In this document: piece after piece, positions 48,215 through 58,670 of the stretch
Layout: each line of letters starts with the position of its first letter
Numbering within the stretch: position 1 is the stretch's first letter
Assembly: GCA_040755995.1 (NCBI GenBank)
Contig: JBFMAF010000051.1
Location: 13,726-77,725, forward strand
From: Acidobacteriota bacterium
GTDB taxonomy: Bacteria > Acidobacteriota > CAIWXX01
Length of the DNA stretch: 64,000 nt
Direction: 5' to 3'
Translations under genes and position numbers: made by a program
The notes under the pieces: generated by a model
Seen by the model: only the letters and a program-made list of their open reading frames with translations
Database searches by the model: none
Told to the model about the DNA's origin: nothing

Positions 48215-48715
48215 ATGACACCAATCGTATTGTGCCTGGGACTTGCGGCCAGCTTGGCTGTGGAAGGCGATCAGGTCCACCCCGTACGAGAGCTGATCGA
48301 CCTGCAGGGTCGATCGATAGTGCATTACGAGATTGGCAACTACGAGGGTCCAGGCTGCTACCTGGACTGCTACACCGTGTCCCGCCCTGACCTCCAGAGG
48401 CAACCCGAGTGGAATGGATCGGGCCCGGTGCCAATGCCGGTCGAGGCATTGATTGCGAAGGCCAGCGCTGCCGCGAAGGCGACCAGGGGCCCTCTGGAGT
48501 TCCAGAGCTTTCGGATTGAGCCATGCCATGATGACCCGAAGAAGATGTATGCTGTGGTGACGTTTTCCGATGACCAGGCCACACACATGGACCTTTTCCA
48601 GAGAGAGATCTATCTTCTGCTCGACGGGACGCCTGTGGAAGCATCGCGGACAAGTATTACCGAGGCCCAGTTCCATCGCATTTGGGAGCACGGACTGGCG
48701 GTGCGCGACTTCTGA
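48215..48715 (+). CDS. Hypothetical protein, probably secreted
   Basis: Hydrophobic N-terminus; LLLDGTPV near the C-terminus. Confidence 0.5.
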   Translation: MTPIVLCLGLAASLAVEGDQVHPVRELIDLQGRSIVHYEIGNYEGPGCYLDCYTVSRPDLQRQPEWNGSGPVPMPVEALIAKASAAAKATRGPLEFQSFRIEPCHDDPKKMYAVVTFSDDQATHMDLFQREIYLLLDGTPVEASRTSITEAQFHRIWEHGLAVRDF

Positions 48716-49082
48716 GCGCCACGGCTTGCCTGTCCGCTCTGGCCGCGGGGCACGCCGCCGGGCGATCAGTCAAGCATGATGATGCCTCGTTGGAGCGCCG
48801 TGGTGACGGCCTGGGTTCGATCGCGCAGTCACCTGTCAGGCAAGGGCGAACGCCGGGGCGGACCGGATCGAGATACCCACTTGATGTGGACGCCGATCGA
48901 GACGTCGCCGAGGAGAGCGAGGGCAACGTGTTCTGGGCGCCTCTTCGTTGAGGAATGCTGGCGGGCGAGGTGCAGCTGTGCGCGGTGAGCAGTGGGGCAG
49001 CGCCTATATCCATCGATAGAGGCGGAGACTGCGATTTCAATCGATACTATGACCAGAGCGTAACGGGAAGAAGGAGGAAAAG

Positions 49083-50876
49083 ATGAGGACCACGCCGAAT
49101 CAGACTGCCCGAGGAGGAAACAGGACATCGCGGGCTCTTGCTGCGGGGCTGCTGACGGGCACGCTGTTGCTCGTCGGGAGTGTATCCGCCTGGGCGGATG
49201 AGTTCGTAGACTCCGGGAATGCGAACATCGTCATGGCTCCTGCAGCCACCAGCTGCTCGGCAACGGTGCCGGCCGCCGGACAAACAGGGCAATCCATTAC
49301 CTTCCTGGGCGACGCGACCTACACCTGCGACACGCCAGGCGCAATCGTAGAGTCCGACGACATCGTCGGGATCTTGCGCTGCATTTCAGGGGGAACCTTC
49401 GTTCAAGGATCGCCCACGACAGAGACCTGCCGGGACTCAGATGAGCCGCAGGTCACACACCGCCTGACCAGGCCGTTCGCGATGATGGAGAGAGAGGTCA
49501 CGCGCTGGGCGTGGGCCACACTGTGGAGTCTTCAACGCACTTTGCCGGCGGATCCATCGGATACGGGCGTGAGCTCCGACTCTTACACTCCAGTGCAGCG
49601 GGTGACCTGGTATCAGGCCGTGCTCTTCGCCAATCTCCTTTCTGCCCAGAGAGGGTTCCGCCGCTGTTACTACACCGACCAGGCATTCACTGTGCCCGTA
49701 GATGCCGGCAACTACACCGCTGGCACCGTCTACTGCGACTGGGATGCGAATGGGTTCCGTTTGCCCACCGAGGCCGAGTGGGAGTTTTCCGCGAGGGCCA
49801 ACACAGGCGGGGCTTTCAGCTCGCCCGAGCCCAACTACAGCGGCAGCACGTGCGCTGACTGCACGCCGGACCCGGCCCTCACCCGCCTGAACAGCGTGGC
49901 CTGGTGGTGTGGCAACTCGGACGACGCCACGCACAACGCAGGCAGCCTCGCGCAGAACGGGTTCAATCTCTACGACGTTCACGGGAACGTCAGGGAATGG
50001 TGTTGGGATATGTATGGACCCTATCCGTCCGGCATGCAGTTCGATTACCACGGACCCAGCTCGGGCACGAACCGCGTTGTACGAGGCGGCGGATGGTTCA
50101 GCTTCGCACGGCATTGTCGCTCCGCACGGCGGAGCTCCTGGCAACCGGCAGACTGGAACAACACCATTGGTTTCCGTCTGGTGAGATCGTTGAACGCTCT
50201 TTACACGTGGAACTTCGGCGATGGGTCACCGTTCTCAACGCAGAAGAACCCATCCCATGAATACGCGTCAGCTGGAATGTACAACTGGTACATGCACGTT
50301 TCCTGGGGCAGCACCTACTCCACGTGCCGGAGCGGGACCATCACCATTACGGATTCTTGCATCCCACCGGCTATCGTTGTCAATCCGGCCAGTCAGACGA
50401 TATCGAGTGGCCAGACGGCGACGCTGTCCGTCGCAGCCGCAGGTACCTCGCCGGCGTACCGCTGGTATGCCTACACCACAGGCGGTCCCAGCGTTCTGCT
50501 GGCCGATGGGCCCGCCGACGCCTATACGACCGCGCCCCTCACGGCGACGACCAGCTTCTGGGTGCGGGTGTACAACTCGTGCGGGTCTGTGGATAGCAGC
50601 ATTGCAACCATCACCGTGACAGTCGGCCCGACCATCAGTTCGATCAAGAGCAAGACGGGCAAGCCTGGGTCTACGGCCACAATCAGGATAGCCGGTCATA
50701 GCAGCGATAAGAGCAAGCTGAAGGTCTACTTCGGCCGCAAGAAGGTGAAATCCATCAAGAAGGTCACATCCAGGAGCATCCAGGTCACGATTCCGAGACT
50801 CCGGCCGGGGCTTGTGCAGGTCTACGTCATCAGCGAAGGTCTGGAATCGAACAGAGTGGATTTCCAGGTCAAGTGA
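49083..50876 (+). CDS. Secreted FGE-sulfatase (SUMF1-like) + PKD + Ig + IPT/TIG protein
   Basis: GFRLPTEAEWE, GLYD-like NLYDVHGNVREWC, RGGGW, IGFRLVR and WNFGDG; AGGAGG RBS. Confidence 0.88.
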   Translation: MRTTPNQTARGGNRTSRALAAGLLTGTLLLVGSVSAWADEFVDSGNANIVMAPAATSCSATVPAAGQTGQSITFLGDATYTCDTPGAIVESDDIVGILRCISGGTFVQGSPTTETCRDSDEPQVTHRLTRPFAMMEREVTRWAWATLWSLQRTLPADPSDTGVSSDSYTPVQRVTWYQAVLFANLLSAQRGFRRCYYTDQAFTVPVDAGNYTAGTVYCDWDANGFRLPTEAEWEFSARANTGGAFSSPEPNYSGSTCADCTPDPALTRLNSVAWWCGNSDDATHNAGSLAQNGFNLYDVHGNVREWCWDMYGPYPSGMQFDYHGPSSGTNRVVRGGGWFSFARHCRSARRSSWQPADWNNTIGFRLVRSLNALYTWNFGDGSPFSTQKNPSHEYASAGMYNWYMHVSWGSTYSTCRSGTITITDSCIPPAIVVNPASQTISSGQTATLSVAAAGTSPAYRWYAYTTGGPSVLLADGPADAYTTAPLTATTSFWVRVYNSCGSVDSSIATITVTVGPTISSIKSKTGKPGSTATIRIAGHSSDKSKLKVYFGRKKVKSIKKVTSRSIQVTIPRLRPGLVQVYVISEGLESNRVDFQVK

Positions 50877-51018
50877 GCTCCGGCGCCGCGCGTTGGTGGA
50901 CGTTTGCGCGTGGTGCGGACCGCGGACCGATCGCGTAGTTTCGAGGCATGAGAGCGGCGCTTTTCGGACTGTTCTTGCCAACAGGAATACAGATGTCTCG
51001 GTCCGAGGCCGCGCCGCG

Positions 51019-51963
51019 CTACCCTTTGATCTTCCGCAGGTTGAAGTAGATCAGGTACAGGAAGACCTGCGCGAACGGCGTGACGGCGGCGTTCAGAGCC
51101 ATCTCGACGAGCACTCTGACTCCACCGACCATCAGAGCGACCGGGCCCTCCGCCATGGCCTCCATAGCTGCGAGCATTCCGACCGGCAAGATGTAGACGC
51201 CGACTATGGCGATGAAAAGCAGCACATATCGCGCGAACAGATCCCACCAGTAGCCGTCCACCAGGGCCTTGCTCCTCCCGAGTGCCGCGCCTCCGGAGCA
51301 CCCTTCCGCTACTACAGCGATAGTAGAAAGAGAGAACCAGACGGCGAAAAGGATTCCCGGCACCAGCAGGAGTAGCAACCCGGCCAGGACGCAGAGCCCC
51401 TGAAGGATCAGCGCAAGAACCGTGCTGCCTATGCGACCCCAGCCCCGGCGATACGCCTCGATCGCTCCAATGCCCTCCTGGCTGTCCTTGACCGCGAACA
51501 GAGTAGCTGCAAGCGTCCAGGAGCCGGCGACGATCGCCACAACGAGAAAGACGGGTATCACCACCACCAGCACAGCACCCATTGCCGCGAAGTCGACTCC
51601 GTTCCTGCCGATTCCGCTAAATCCAGCCACAAACGCGCCGGCGATCAGGATCAAGAACATCGGAACCAACATCAGCAATTGCAGCAGCTGTATGCCGAGT
51701 AGTGTCCAGAAGCGGCTCGCGTAGAGATTGAATGCGTGGGAGAAGAGGTCCGAGATCGTGCTCAGGGCCGCCGGGGCGTATCCGCGGGCGGTTGCTGGTG
51801 GAGCCGTCTGGACCGCCGCGGCCGTGTACCTGCGAACCAGCGCGAATGATCGGTCCAGGTCCGATTCCTGCCAACCCTGGGCGCGCAGGAGATTGCGTAT
51901 CTCCAGCTCCTGGTATCCCTTCGCCAACGCGTCGCGAATGTACTCGACCAGAGAATCAGTCAC
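51019..51963 (-). CDS. Integral membrane protein (GDPD membrane-domain-like) with small N-terminal helical domain
   Basis: LLLVPGILFAVWFSL and ALGRSKALVDGYWW; N-terminus YIRDALAKGY...LRAQGW. Confidence 0.75.
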   Translation of the reverse strand: MTDSLVEYIRDALAKGYQELEIRNLLRAQGWQESDLDRSFALVRRYTAAAVQTAPPATARGYAPAALSTISDLFSHAFNLYASRFWTLLGIQLLQLLMLVPMFLILIAGAFVAGFSGIGRNGVDFAAMGAVLVVVIPVFLVVAIVAGSWTLAATLFAVKDSQEGIGAIEAYRRGWGRIGSTVLALILQGLCVLAGLLLLLVPGILFAVWFSLSTIAVVAEGCSGGAALGRSKALVDGYWWDLFARYVLLFIAIVGVYILPVGMLAAMEAMAEGPVALMVGGVRVLVEMALNAAVTPFAQVFLYLIYFNLRKIKG

Positions 51964-52122
51964 CGTGCTCGGGCCTCCCGAAACCTGGTGGCAGCATCGT
52001 CTCCCGACTCGTGAACGTAGACGTCGACGTGAGGGTGAACGGGTTTCGGTCCGCTGCGCCCTTCAGGTCCATGTTTGCCTTCACCTGTCCGAACGGTCCT
52101 GCCCAACGCGCCTTCCGCACGG

Positions 52123-53577
52123 TCAACTCTTGCCCTTCCTCCGGGCCGCCCAGCCCTCTTTGGTAATCTGTCGCGCGCGCGCGATGCCGAGGGAGCCGGC
52201 GGGGACGTCTTCGGTGATGGTGGAGCCCGCGGCCACGTAGGCGCCCTCGCCGACCCTCACCGGCGCCACCAGCTCCGTGCCGCTCCCGATGAACACCCCG
52301 CGCTCGACGTGGGTCGGGTTCTTGCTCACGCCGTCGTAGTTGCAGGTGATAGTGCCGGCTCCAACGTTCACCGCCTCTCCCACGGTGGCATCGCCCAGGT
52401 AGGTAAGGTGCATCGCCTTCGAAGCCGGCCCGAACGCCGTCTTCTTCATTTCCACGAAGTTACCGACCTTGCTGTCGCGAAGAATGCGGGTACGGCCGCG
52501 GAGATGGCAGAAGGGGCCGACTGTCGAGCCGCCTTCAATCACGGAGTCGACGATCAAACTCGATCCGAGGACCGTGACACGGTCGCCGAGAGTCGAGTCG
52601 ACCACTCGCGTGAACGGCATGATCACGCAATGCCGCCCGATTCTCGTCTTGCCGTCGATGATCGAAAAAGGATGCACCGTCGTGTCCGGAGCGATCGACA
52701 CATCGTCACCGATGAACGTGTTGCAGGACGACCGAACGCTGACTCCTTCCCGCTGCAGCGCGCGTATCTTCCCCCGATTCAAAATCGCCTCGGCCTCATC
52801 GAGATCCGTTCGATCGTTGATGCCGAGCAGCTCGCGCCACGCCGGCATGAACATGCACGCCACCTTCCTCCGCGCCCTCCTCAACACCGCCACGAGGTCG
52901 GTGAGATAGTACTCGCGCTTCTCATTCTTGTTGGTCAACTTGTGCAGATACGGGAAGACAGCGGGTATGCGGGCACAGTAGATGCCCGCGTTGATCTCGC
53001 CAACGGCGCGAACCCTGGCTGACGCATCCAGATACTCAACGATGGCCTCCAGATCACTACCCCGCCGGACGATGCGACCGTAACGGCCAGGATCCGGCGG
53101 CCTCGTGGACAGCACCGTGAGATCACAGCGCCGCGCGACGTGGAACGCGACGAGCGACGACAGGATCTCGGGGCCAGCCAGAGGCACGTCACCGTTCAGA
53201 ATCAGCAAGGTCCCGGAACGGCCTCTCAGGGACTGCTCGGCACACAGCACAGCATGCCCGGTCCCCAGGGGAGGCTCCTGGACAATCACCTGCGCCCCGT
53301 GCTCCTCAGCGATCGCGCGCATCTCGTCCGCCCCGTCGCCGACGACACAGTAGACCCGGCCGACCTCGCCCGCATTTACCAACGTGCGCGCCAGAATGGG
53401 CTTCCCACGAAGTAGATGCAGGAGTTTCGATTTTTCGGACTTCATCCGAGTCGAGCGGCCAGCGGCCAGAACCAGGACCGTGCACGACTCGCCGGCGGCA
53501 ACATCCGCAACACCGCCCGCCCGCCTCGCGGAGCGGGGCGAACCTCGCGGGATCGCACCCCTACGCGCGGCGCTCAT
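52123..53577 (-). CDS. glmU: Bifunctional UDP-GlcNAc pyrophosphorylase/glucosamine-1-P acetyltransferase
   Basis: LAAGRSTRMKS, LGTGHA, EYYLTD, GNFVEMK, HLTYLGDA and TCNYDG. Confidence 0.95.
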   Translation of the reverse strand: MSAARRGAIPRGSPRSARRAGGVADVAAGESCTVLVLAAGRSTRMKSEKSKLLHLLRGKPILARTLVNAGEVGRVYCVVGDGADEMRAIAEEHGAQVIVQEPPLGTGHAVLCAEQSLRGRSGTLLILNGDVPLAGPEILSSLVAFHVARRCDLTVLSTRPPDPGRYGRIVRRGSDLEAIVEYLDASARVRAVGEINAGIYCARIPAVFPYLHKLTNKNEKREYYLTDLVAVLRRARRKVACMFMPAWRELLGINDRTDLDEAEAILNRGKIRALQREGVSVRSSCNTFIGDDVSIAPDTTVHPFSIIDGKTRIGRHCVIMPFTRVVDSTLGDRVTVLGSSLIVDSVIEGGSTVGPFCHLRGRTRILRDSKVGNFVEMKKTAFGPASKAMHLTYLGDATVGEAVNVGAGTITCNYDGVSKNPTHVERGVFIGSGTELVAPVRVGEGAYVAAGSTITEDVPAGSLGIARARQITKEGWAARRKGKS

Positions 53578-54289
53578 CGCCAGTCCCGACCCGCCTCGGA
53601 AACAGCAGCTCCTTGAACTCGGCGTTGTCCATCAACTGCTGAAACTCGCTCTCGTTCCGCGCGAGCACCCGGTTCTCCGGATCGAGCTCGATTGCCTGCT
53701 TCAGGTACCAGTGAGCTGCTTTGGAGTCGCTCTTGCCTGCATAGCCGAGTGCCGTGAAGTAAGTGATCGAGGCGTCGCCGGGACGCTTGACCGATGCCTT
53801 CTTCAGGAAGTCAAGCGCCCGATCGTAGTCGCCCAGGTTCAGATTGTAGATCGCCTGATTGTAGTAGTCCTCGAAGCTCATCGGGCGGCTAGGAGCCGGA
53901 TTCAGCTGCTTCTCGATCAGGTTGAGGTACAGCCGCGCGCGATCATGAAATTCCCTCGCCTCGGCACACTTGTCCAGAATGGCGCCGAATACCTTCTGCG
54001 CTCTCTCGAACTTTCGCGCATTGAAGAACTCCACACCGCGGTCGAAGAGCGCCATGGCCTCAACAGACGGATCCGGCTGCGCCGGAATCACTGGCGAGGA
54101 GCGGCGCGTCCGGGCAGCCGGCCGCGACTCAGGCGCCCGCGATGCCTTGGAGCGCGGTCGCGGCGACGCAGGTTTGGCCTTCTTCAGGCGGTTGCGGGGC
54201 GCAGCCGCGCGCACCGGCCTGACGGGCTTCCTGACCTGGCGCTTCGCCACGCCAGACCTCCTCTTAGTCAGGATTCGCTTCTTGCTCAT
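53561..54289 (-). CDS. TPR protein with basic low-complexity N-terminus
   Basis: YYNQAIYNLNLGDYDRAL and LKQAIELDPEN TPR motifs. Confidence 0.8.
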   Translation of the reverse strand: MSKKRILTKRRSGVAKRQVRKPVRPVRAAAPRNRLKKAKPASPRPRSKASRAPESRPAARTRRSSPVIPAQPDPSVEAMALFDRGVEFFNARKFERAQKVFGAILDKCAEAREFHDRARLYLNLIEKQLNPAPSRPMSFEDYYNQAIYNLNLGDYDRALDFLKKASVKRPGDASITYFTALGYAGKSDSKAAHWYLKQAIELDPENRVLARNESEFQQLMDNAEFKELLFPRRVGTGDERRA

Positions 54290-54698
54290 ACGAAGGCCCC
54301 CTCCAAAGCCCGAATTTAGGCGCTGATTCTAGTCAAAGAGACGGCCAGTTTCAAGCCCCAGTTGTGCGACGGCGCGCTGGCGTGAAAACGGTATCCCGCG
54401 TACCCCGCGATCAGATAGCCTCAGGATTGAACATGAATTACACTATTGAAATATATTGAGTTATAGTTTAACTTTCTTAGGCATGTCGCCGGGACACGGG
54501 AGGGTTCCGTAGTCAGCGGGGGGTAGTAGCGCAGTGGGAGGCGGCCGACAGGTAGCTCGGGCCTCCGGCTCCATGTTGGGCGATTTGACGCGCGTGGTCT
54601 CGTTCTGGTAGAGTGGCTCCTTGCAGAGGCGGGATCCGGGATCGTTCCACGGGAGTTCGCGACCGGGCGTACCTGCCTGGCGTTGACGTGTGGGTGTA

Positions 54699-55526
54699 AT
54701 GAGACTGAGATCCGTGGGTGCGCTTCTCCTCGCGACGGTCGTGTCGCCCGGGTGTGTCGCCACGAGCAAGGTGGCACCGCCGGCGCCCGTGCGGGTGATC
54801 GTGCACGGGCTGGCCGAGTCGATCGCCAGGTACAACGAGCAGTGCATCATTTCCGAGCGGCTCCGTGCCTACGCAACGATTGAGTATTCGTCTCTAAGGA
54901 CCAAGAAGAAGAGCTTCAACGGGGCGATCTACATCGACGGGCTGACACAGAGCCTGAGGCTTCGAGCCGATGCGTATTTCGTGACGCTTTTCGATTTGAC
55001 TTATCTGGGCGGCCGTTTCTCCGTGCTGGTGCCCAGCCGCCGTACGATGTACAGAGGGGATGGGGACAGTTTCCGCGGGTTTGCGATGCAGGATCTGCGC
55101 GACGCGCTCATGCCGCGCCCCCTGCCGCCGGACGGGGCGGGGATACTGTTGGAGGAGACGCAGCGTGAGGTGGTTCTGACGGAGGTCACGAACGCGGACG
55201 GCGGTGCGCTGCGCCCGGCGCAGAGGGTGTACCTGTCGAGAGACGACTTGAGTCTTGCGCGACGATCGCTGTTTTACTCTACGGGAGTGATCAAGAGCGA
55301 CCTCTACTACGGCAGGCCGCAGGAGTTCAAGGCGGGACGTTTCCCTTCCCGCATTACAGTGAGCAGGGCGTGGCAGGAGAACCGAGTGACACTGAACCTG
55401 GAGAAGCTCGATATTCCGGCGTCGTTCAACGAACGGGTCTTTTCGTTGGAGACTCCATCCGGAACAAAAACAGTTGATATTGAGCCTGAGATGAGCGACG
55501 ATATCCTGTTTATGAGAGGGGAATGA
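54699..55526 (+). CDS. Lipoprotein, DUF4292/LolB-like fold candidate
   Basis: Lipobox-like VSPGC; beta-rich body; FPSRITV and FNERVFSLETPSG, similar to Lol-fold C-termini. Confidence 0.6.
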   Translation: MRLRSVGALLLATVVSPGCVATSKVAPPAPVRVIVHGLAESIARYNEQCIISERLRAYATIEYSSLRTKKKSFNGAIYIDGLTQSLRLRADAYFVTLFDLTYLGGRFSVLVPSRRTMYRGDGDSFRGFAMQDLRDALMPRPLPPDGAGILLEETQREVVLTEVTNADGGALRPAQRVYLSRDDLSLARRSLFYSTGVIKSDLYYGRPQEFKAGRFPSRITVSRAWQENRVTLNLEKLDIPASFNERVFSLETPSGTKTVDIEPEMSDDILFMRGE

Positions 55527-56632
55527 ACGTCACTGCGAAGCTCGCCGCCTCGAATCTCGTCAACCGTAAGACGCGTTCGACGGTTTCGATCCTCAGCGTT
55601 GCGCTGGGGATCATACTCGTCGTGGTGATGGTCGGCATATCGGAAGGGACGCTCATCGAGCACGCGAAGCGGACCGAGCGGATTGGAGCCGACATCATTC
55701 TGCAGCCGCCGGGATCGTCGGCGCTTTTCGCATTCAACAGCGGTGTCGTGCCGGTGAAGCTGAGCGACAAGATAGAGCGCCTGCCGGGAATACGTGCTGC
55801 ATCCCCGGTGCTGATCACAGCGGGCAGCAAGGTGATGGGATCCATCGTGTTGCTCTGGGGCATCGATGCCGAGACATATGGGCAGGTAGGGACCGGAATC
55901 AAGATAGTGGAAGGGCGGATGTGGCAGAACCCGTTCGAGGTCGTGATCGACACGGTGTGGGCGGCCAGCAAGAGGCAGAAGGTCGGCGACACGATGGAAC
56001 TGCTCAACCGCGACTTCAAGATCGTCGGCATAAGGAGGGCCGGGGACGGCGGCCGCATCCTCCTGCCGATCACTACTCTGCAGGAGCTGATGAGCGCTCA
56101 GGGCAAGGCCTCGTTCTTCCTGGTATCCTGCACGTCGTCCGACGTGCTGGAGTCGGTCGCGGACCGGCTGCGCAAGGAGCTCCCGGGCTACCTCCCCGTG
56201 TTCTCCTCCGTCTACACCGAAGCGCTCAAGGAGAACGCCGTCGCGCTGAAGCAGTTCATCGCGGTGCTCACGGCCCTCTCTGTCACCATCACCTTCATGG
56301 TGATCCTGCTGGCGATGTACACGTCGATAATCGAGCGGACGAAGGAAATCGGCATCCTGAAGGCGATCGGCGCCAGCAAGCTCTTCATCGTGAGGGCCAT
56401 CATGCTGGAATCGACGCTGCTCTGCACCATGGGGATCCTGGTCGGCTATGCGCTCTCCTTCGCGATCAAAGCCTACCTCAATCACCGGTACCCGTCGCTG
56501 GTCGTCGACATCACGCTGCGTTGGATGCTGTGGGGGGGATTCTATGGGATGATGGGCGGTATCGTCGGTGCCCTCTATCCGGCAATCCGCGCCGCCAGGC
56601 TCGATCCGGTTCAGACGCTGGTGTTCGAATGA
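55523..56632 (+). CDS. FtsX/MacB/LolC-E-type ABC permease
   Basis: [14 protein letters not shown] and [15 protein letters not shown]-coupled to its neighbours. Confidence 0.88.
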   Translation: MNVTAKLAASNLVNRKTRSTVSILSVALGIILVVVMVGISEGTLIEHAKRTERIGADIILQPPGSSALFAFNSGVVPVKLSDKIERLPGIRAASPVLITAGSKVMGSIVLLWGIDAETYGQVGTGIKIVEGRMWQNPFEVVIDTVWAASKRQKVGDTMELLNRDFKIVGIRRAGDGGRILLPITTLQELMSAQGKASFFLVSCTSSDVLESVADRLRKELPGYLPVFSSVYTEALKENAVALKQFIAVLTALSVTITFMVILLAMYTSIIERTKEIGILKAIGASKLFIVRAIMLESTLLCTMGILVGYALSFAIKAYLNHRYPSLVVDITLRWMLWGGFYGMMGGIVGALYPAIRAARLDPVQTLVFE

Positions 56633-57342
56633 GCCGCCCGATCCTTCAGACCATACAGCTGGTCAAGGTGTATCGATCGGGCAAGGTCGACATCCCCGCC
56701 TTGCGGGGCGTGGACATCAGCATCCCGCGCGGCGCGTTCGTCTCGATCATGGGCCCCTCGGGTTGCGGCAAGTCTACCCTGCTCCATCTGCTCGGCGGAC
56801 TCGACCGCCCAACCTCCGGCAGCGTCATTCTCGACGGGCATGACCTCGCCAGGTGCGGGGATGGTGAGAGGACTCGACTGCGAAGAGAGAAGGTCGGTTT
56901 CGTCTTCCAGCGATTCAACCTGCTGCCCACACTCACCGTTATCGGCAACATGGAGGTGGCACTGGCCATCGGATCGAATGGAACGCTGCCGGCGAGTCGC
57001 ATGCACGACCTCCTCGACCTCGTCGGCTTGGGAGAGAAGAAGCATCGCAAGCCGATGGAGCTCAGCGTGGGCGAGCAGCAGCGCGTCGCCATCGCACGCG
57101 CTCTGCTGCACCAGCCCGCGATCCTGCTGGCCGACGAACCCACAGGCAACCTCGACAGCGTCAATTCCAATCTCGTGCTCGGCCTGCTGCAGGACCTGAA
57201 TTCCCGCCTCAATCAGACGATCGTCATGATCACTCACAACCCCGAGGCCGCGGCCATGGGCCATCGCATCATCACGATGCGCGACGGCATGGTGGTGTCC
57301 GGAGGCGCGGCAGCGAGCACGGATTCTACCAGCCCGTCCTAG
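56629..57342 (+). CDS. LolD/MacB-type ABC ATP-binding protein
   Basis: [16 protein letters not shown] and DEPTGNLD. Confidence 0.9.
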   Translation: MSRPILQTIQLVKVYRSGKVDIPALRGVDISIPRGAFVSIMGPSGCGKSTLLHLLGGLDRPTSGSVILDGHDLARCGDGERTRLRREKVGFVFQRFNLLPTLTVIGNMEVALAIGSNGTLPASRMHDLLDLVGLGEKKHRKPMELSVGEQQRVAIARALLHQPAILLADEPTGNLDSVNSNLVLGLLQDLNSRLNQTIVMITHNPEAAAMGHRIITMRDGMVVSGGAAASTDSTSPS

Positions 57343-57425
57343 CCGGTTGGCCCATGCGCATCTTTGGTCGCATTGCATCGCTACCGCACCCCGCACTTGT
57401 GAGAGCCCGATGGACAGCGCGACAA

Positions 57426-57445
57426 GGGCGGGGCATGCCCCGCCC
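57426..57445. repeat. Perfect 20-bp palindrome (REP-like)
   Basis: gggcggggcatgccccgccc. Confidence 0.65.
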
Positions 57446-57514
57446 CCGTGAGCACGGGATCGCCTGGGCTGCCTGCGGCCCTCGGGGCTGCGGGCCCATC
57501 TGGAGGGCAATCGC

Positions 57515-57880
57515 ATGAGCCGGAACCCTATCCTGCGTTTCTGGTTCAACCTGCTGTTCTGGTCGTACGGCCGCGGGACGTGGCAGTATGATGTGCTCTG
57601 CGGAGCGATCATCGCCTTCCTGTTCCTTACGCCGAATTCGATGTTCTTCGCCGGCATCGAGAAGGACTTCCACAACGCCTCCGGCAAGATCGTTGGGCTT
57701 CAGAAGGTGAATTCCGATATCTACCTGTTGCTGGTTCTCGACCACGAGTCCGACCAGGTCAATGCCGAGTTGGAGAAAGAGTGGGAGAAGCTGAGCAGGG
57801 AATCGGGCAACCGGTACAAGAGGAAGGCATTCCATGATGAGCAGGGCAGGAAGCTGGGCTACATCATCTATCCTCGCTAG
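57515..57880 (+). CDS. Small membrane-anchored hypothetical protein
   Basis: GGAGG RBS; WSYGRGTWQYDV followed by a TM helix. Confidence 0.7.
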   Translation: MSRNPILRFWFNLLFWSYGRGTWQYDVLCGAIIAFLFLTPNSMFFAGIEKDFHNASGKIVGLQKVNSDIYLLLVLDHESDQVNAELEKEWEKLSRESGNRYKRKAFHDEQGRKLGYIIYPR

Positions 57881-58499
57881 CCTGCTCGCCGCCGCACCGC
57901 TCGCCGCCGTCACGGCCGACGAGGTGCTGACGGGGATGGAGAAAGCAGGGCGGGGGCTCAAGACGTTCTCGGCGGAGTTCACTCAGGAGCGGGTGTTCGT
58001 GATCGCCGAGGACCGGGAAGAACGCAGTGGGAAGTTTTTCTACCAGGCGCCCGGCAAGATGGTGTGGGACTTCGAGAAGCCGTCGCCGAGAACTGTGCTG
58101 ATCGAGCCCGGCAGGGTTTCGATCTATGACCCGCCCCTGAAGCAGCTGCAGCGGCGGAAGCTGGATGAGACCACGAGCGAGTTCTACATCATCGGATTCG
58201 GCGGCACGAAGAAGAACATCACCGACAAGTACGAGGTGGAGCTGCTCGACGCATCGACACCGGCAGGCGGCGCGACGATCTATCACCTCAAGCTGACGCC
58301 GCGTTCGATCGAGGAATCGATGTTTTCGAAGATCGAACTCTGGGTGGATGGCACGAGCCACCTGCCCGCACAGTTCAAGTTCTACGAAAAGACGACGGAC
58401 GAAACGACCTTCCGGTTCACTAACTCCAAGGTCAATCAGGCGCTCCCTTCATCTCGCTTCAAGATCGCTCCGCCTCCCGATACGGCGATCATAGAATAG
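57834..58499 (+). CDS. lolA: Outer-membrane lipoprotein carrier LolA-family protein
   Basis: FSAEFTQ, SGKFFYQAPGKMVWDFEKP, IYDPPLKQ and LPSSRFKIAPP. Confidence 0.8.
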   Translation: MMSRAGSWATSSILASLLAAAPLAAVTADEVLTGMEKAGRGLKTFSAEFTQERVFVIAEDREERSGKFFYQAPGKMVWDFEKPSPRTVLIEPGRVSIYDPPLKQLQRRKLDETTSEFYIIGFGGTKKNITDKYEVELLDASTPAGGATIYHLKLTPRSIEESMFSKIELWVDGTSHLPAQFKFYEKTTDETTFRFTNSKVNQALPSSRFKIAPPPDTAIIE

Positions 58500-58541
58500 C
58501 AAACCCTGCGCGGCTGGGTGACGCGCCAGCACAACGTAGCA

Positions 58542-58610
58542 GACGCGGCGACACCGGGACGCGGTGAGCCCCTGGTTCTCCGCGTCTCCCCTTCTCCGTG
58601 TATCCGCGTC
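58542..58610. repeat. Inverted octamer-repeat hairpin between convergent lolA and the PLC-like gene (possible terminator)
   Basis: gacgcggcgacaccgggacgcgg versus ccgcgtctccccttctccgtgtatccgcgtc. Confidence 0.65.
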
Positions 58611-58670
58611 GGATGCATCCGAGCGGCAGACATCCGGCGCCAAGGCCGGTTCTACAGAGCAGCAGCCTCG

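Noticed and set aside
49340..50190. Diversity-generating retroelement targeting the FGE domain
   Set aside because: No reverse transcriptase, avd or template repeat seen in the window.
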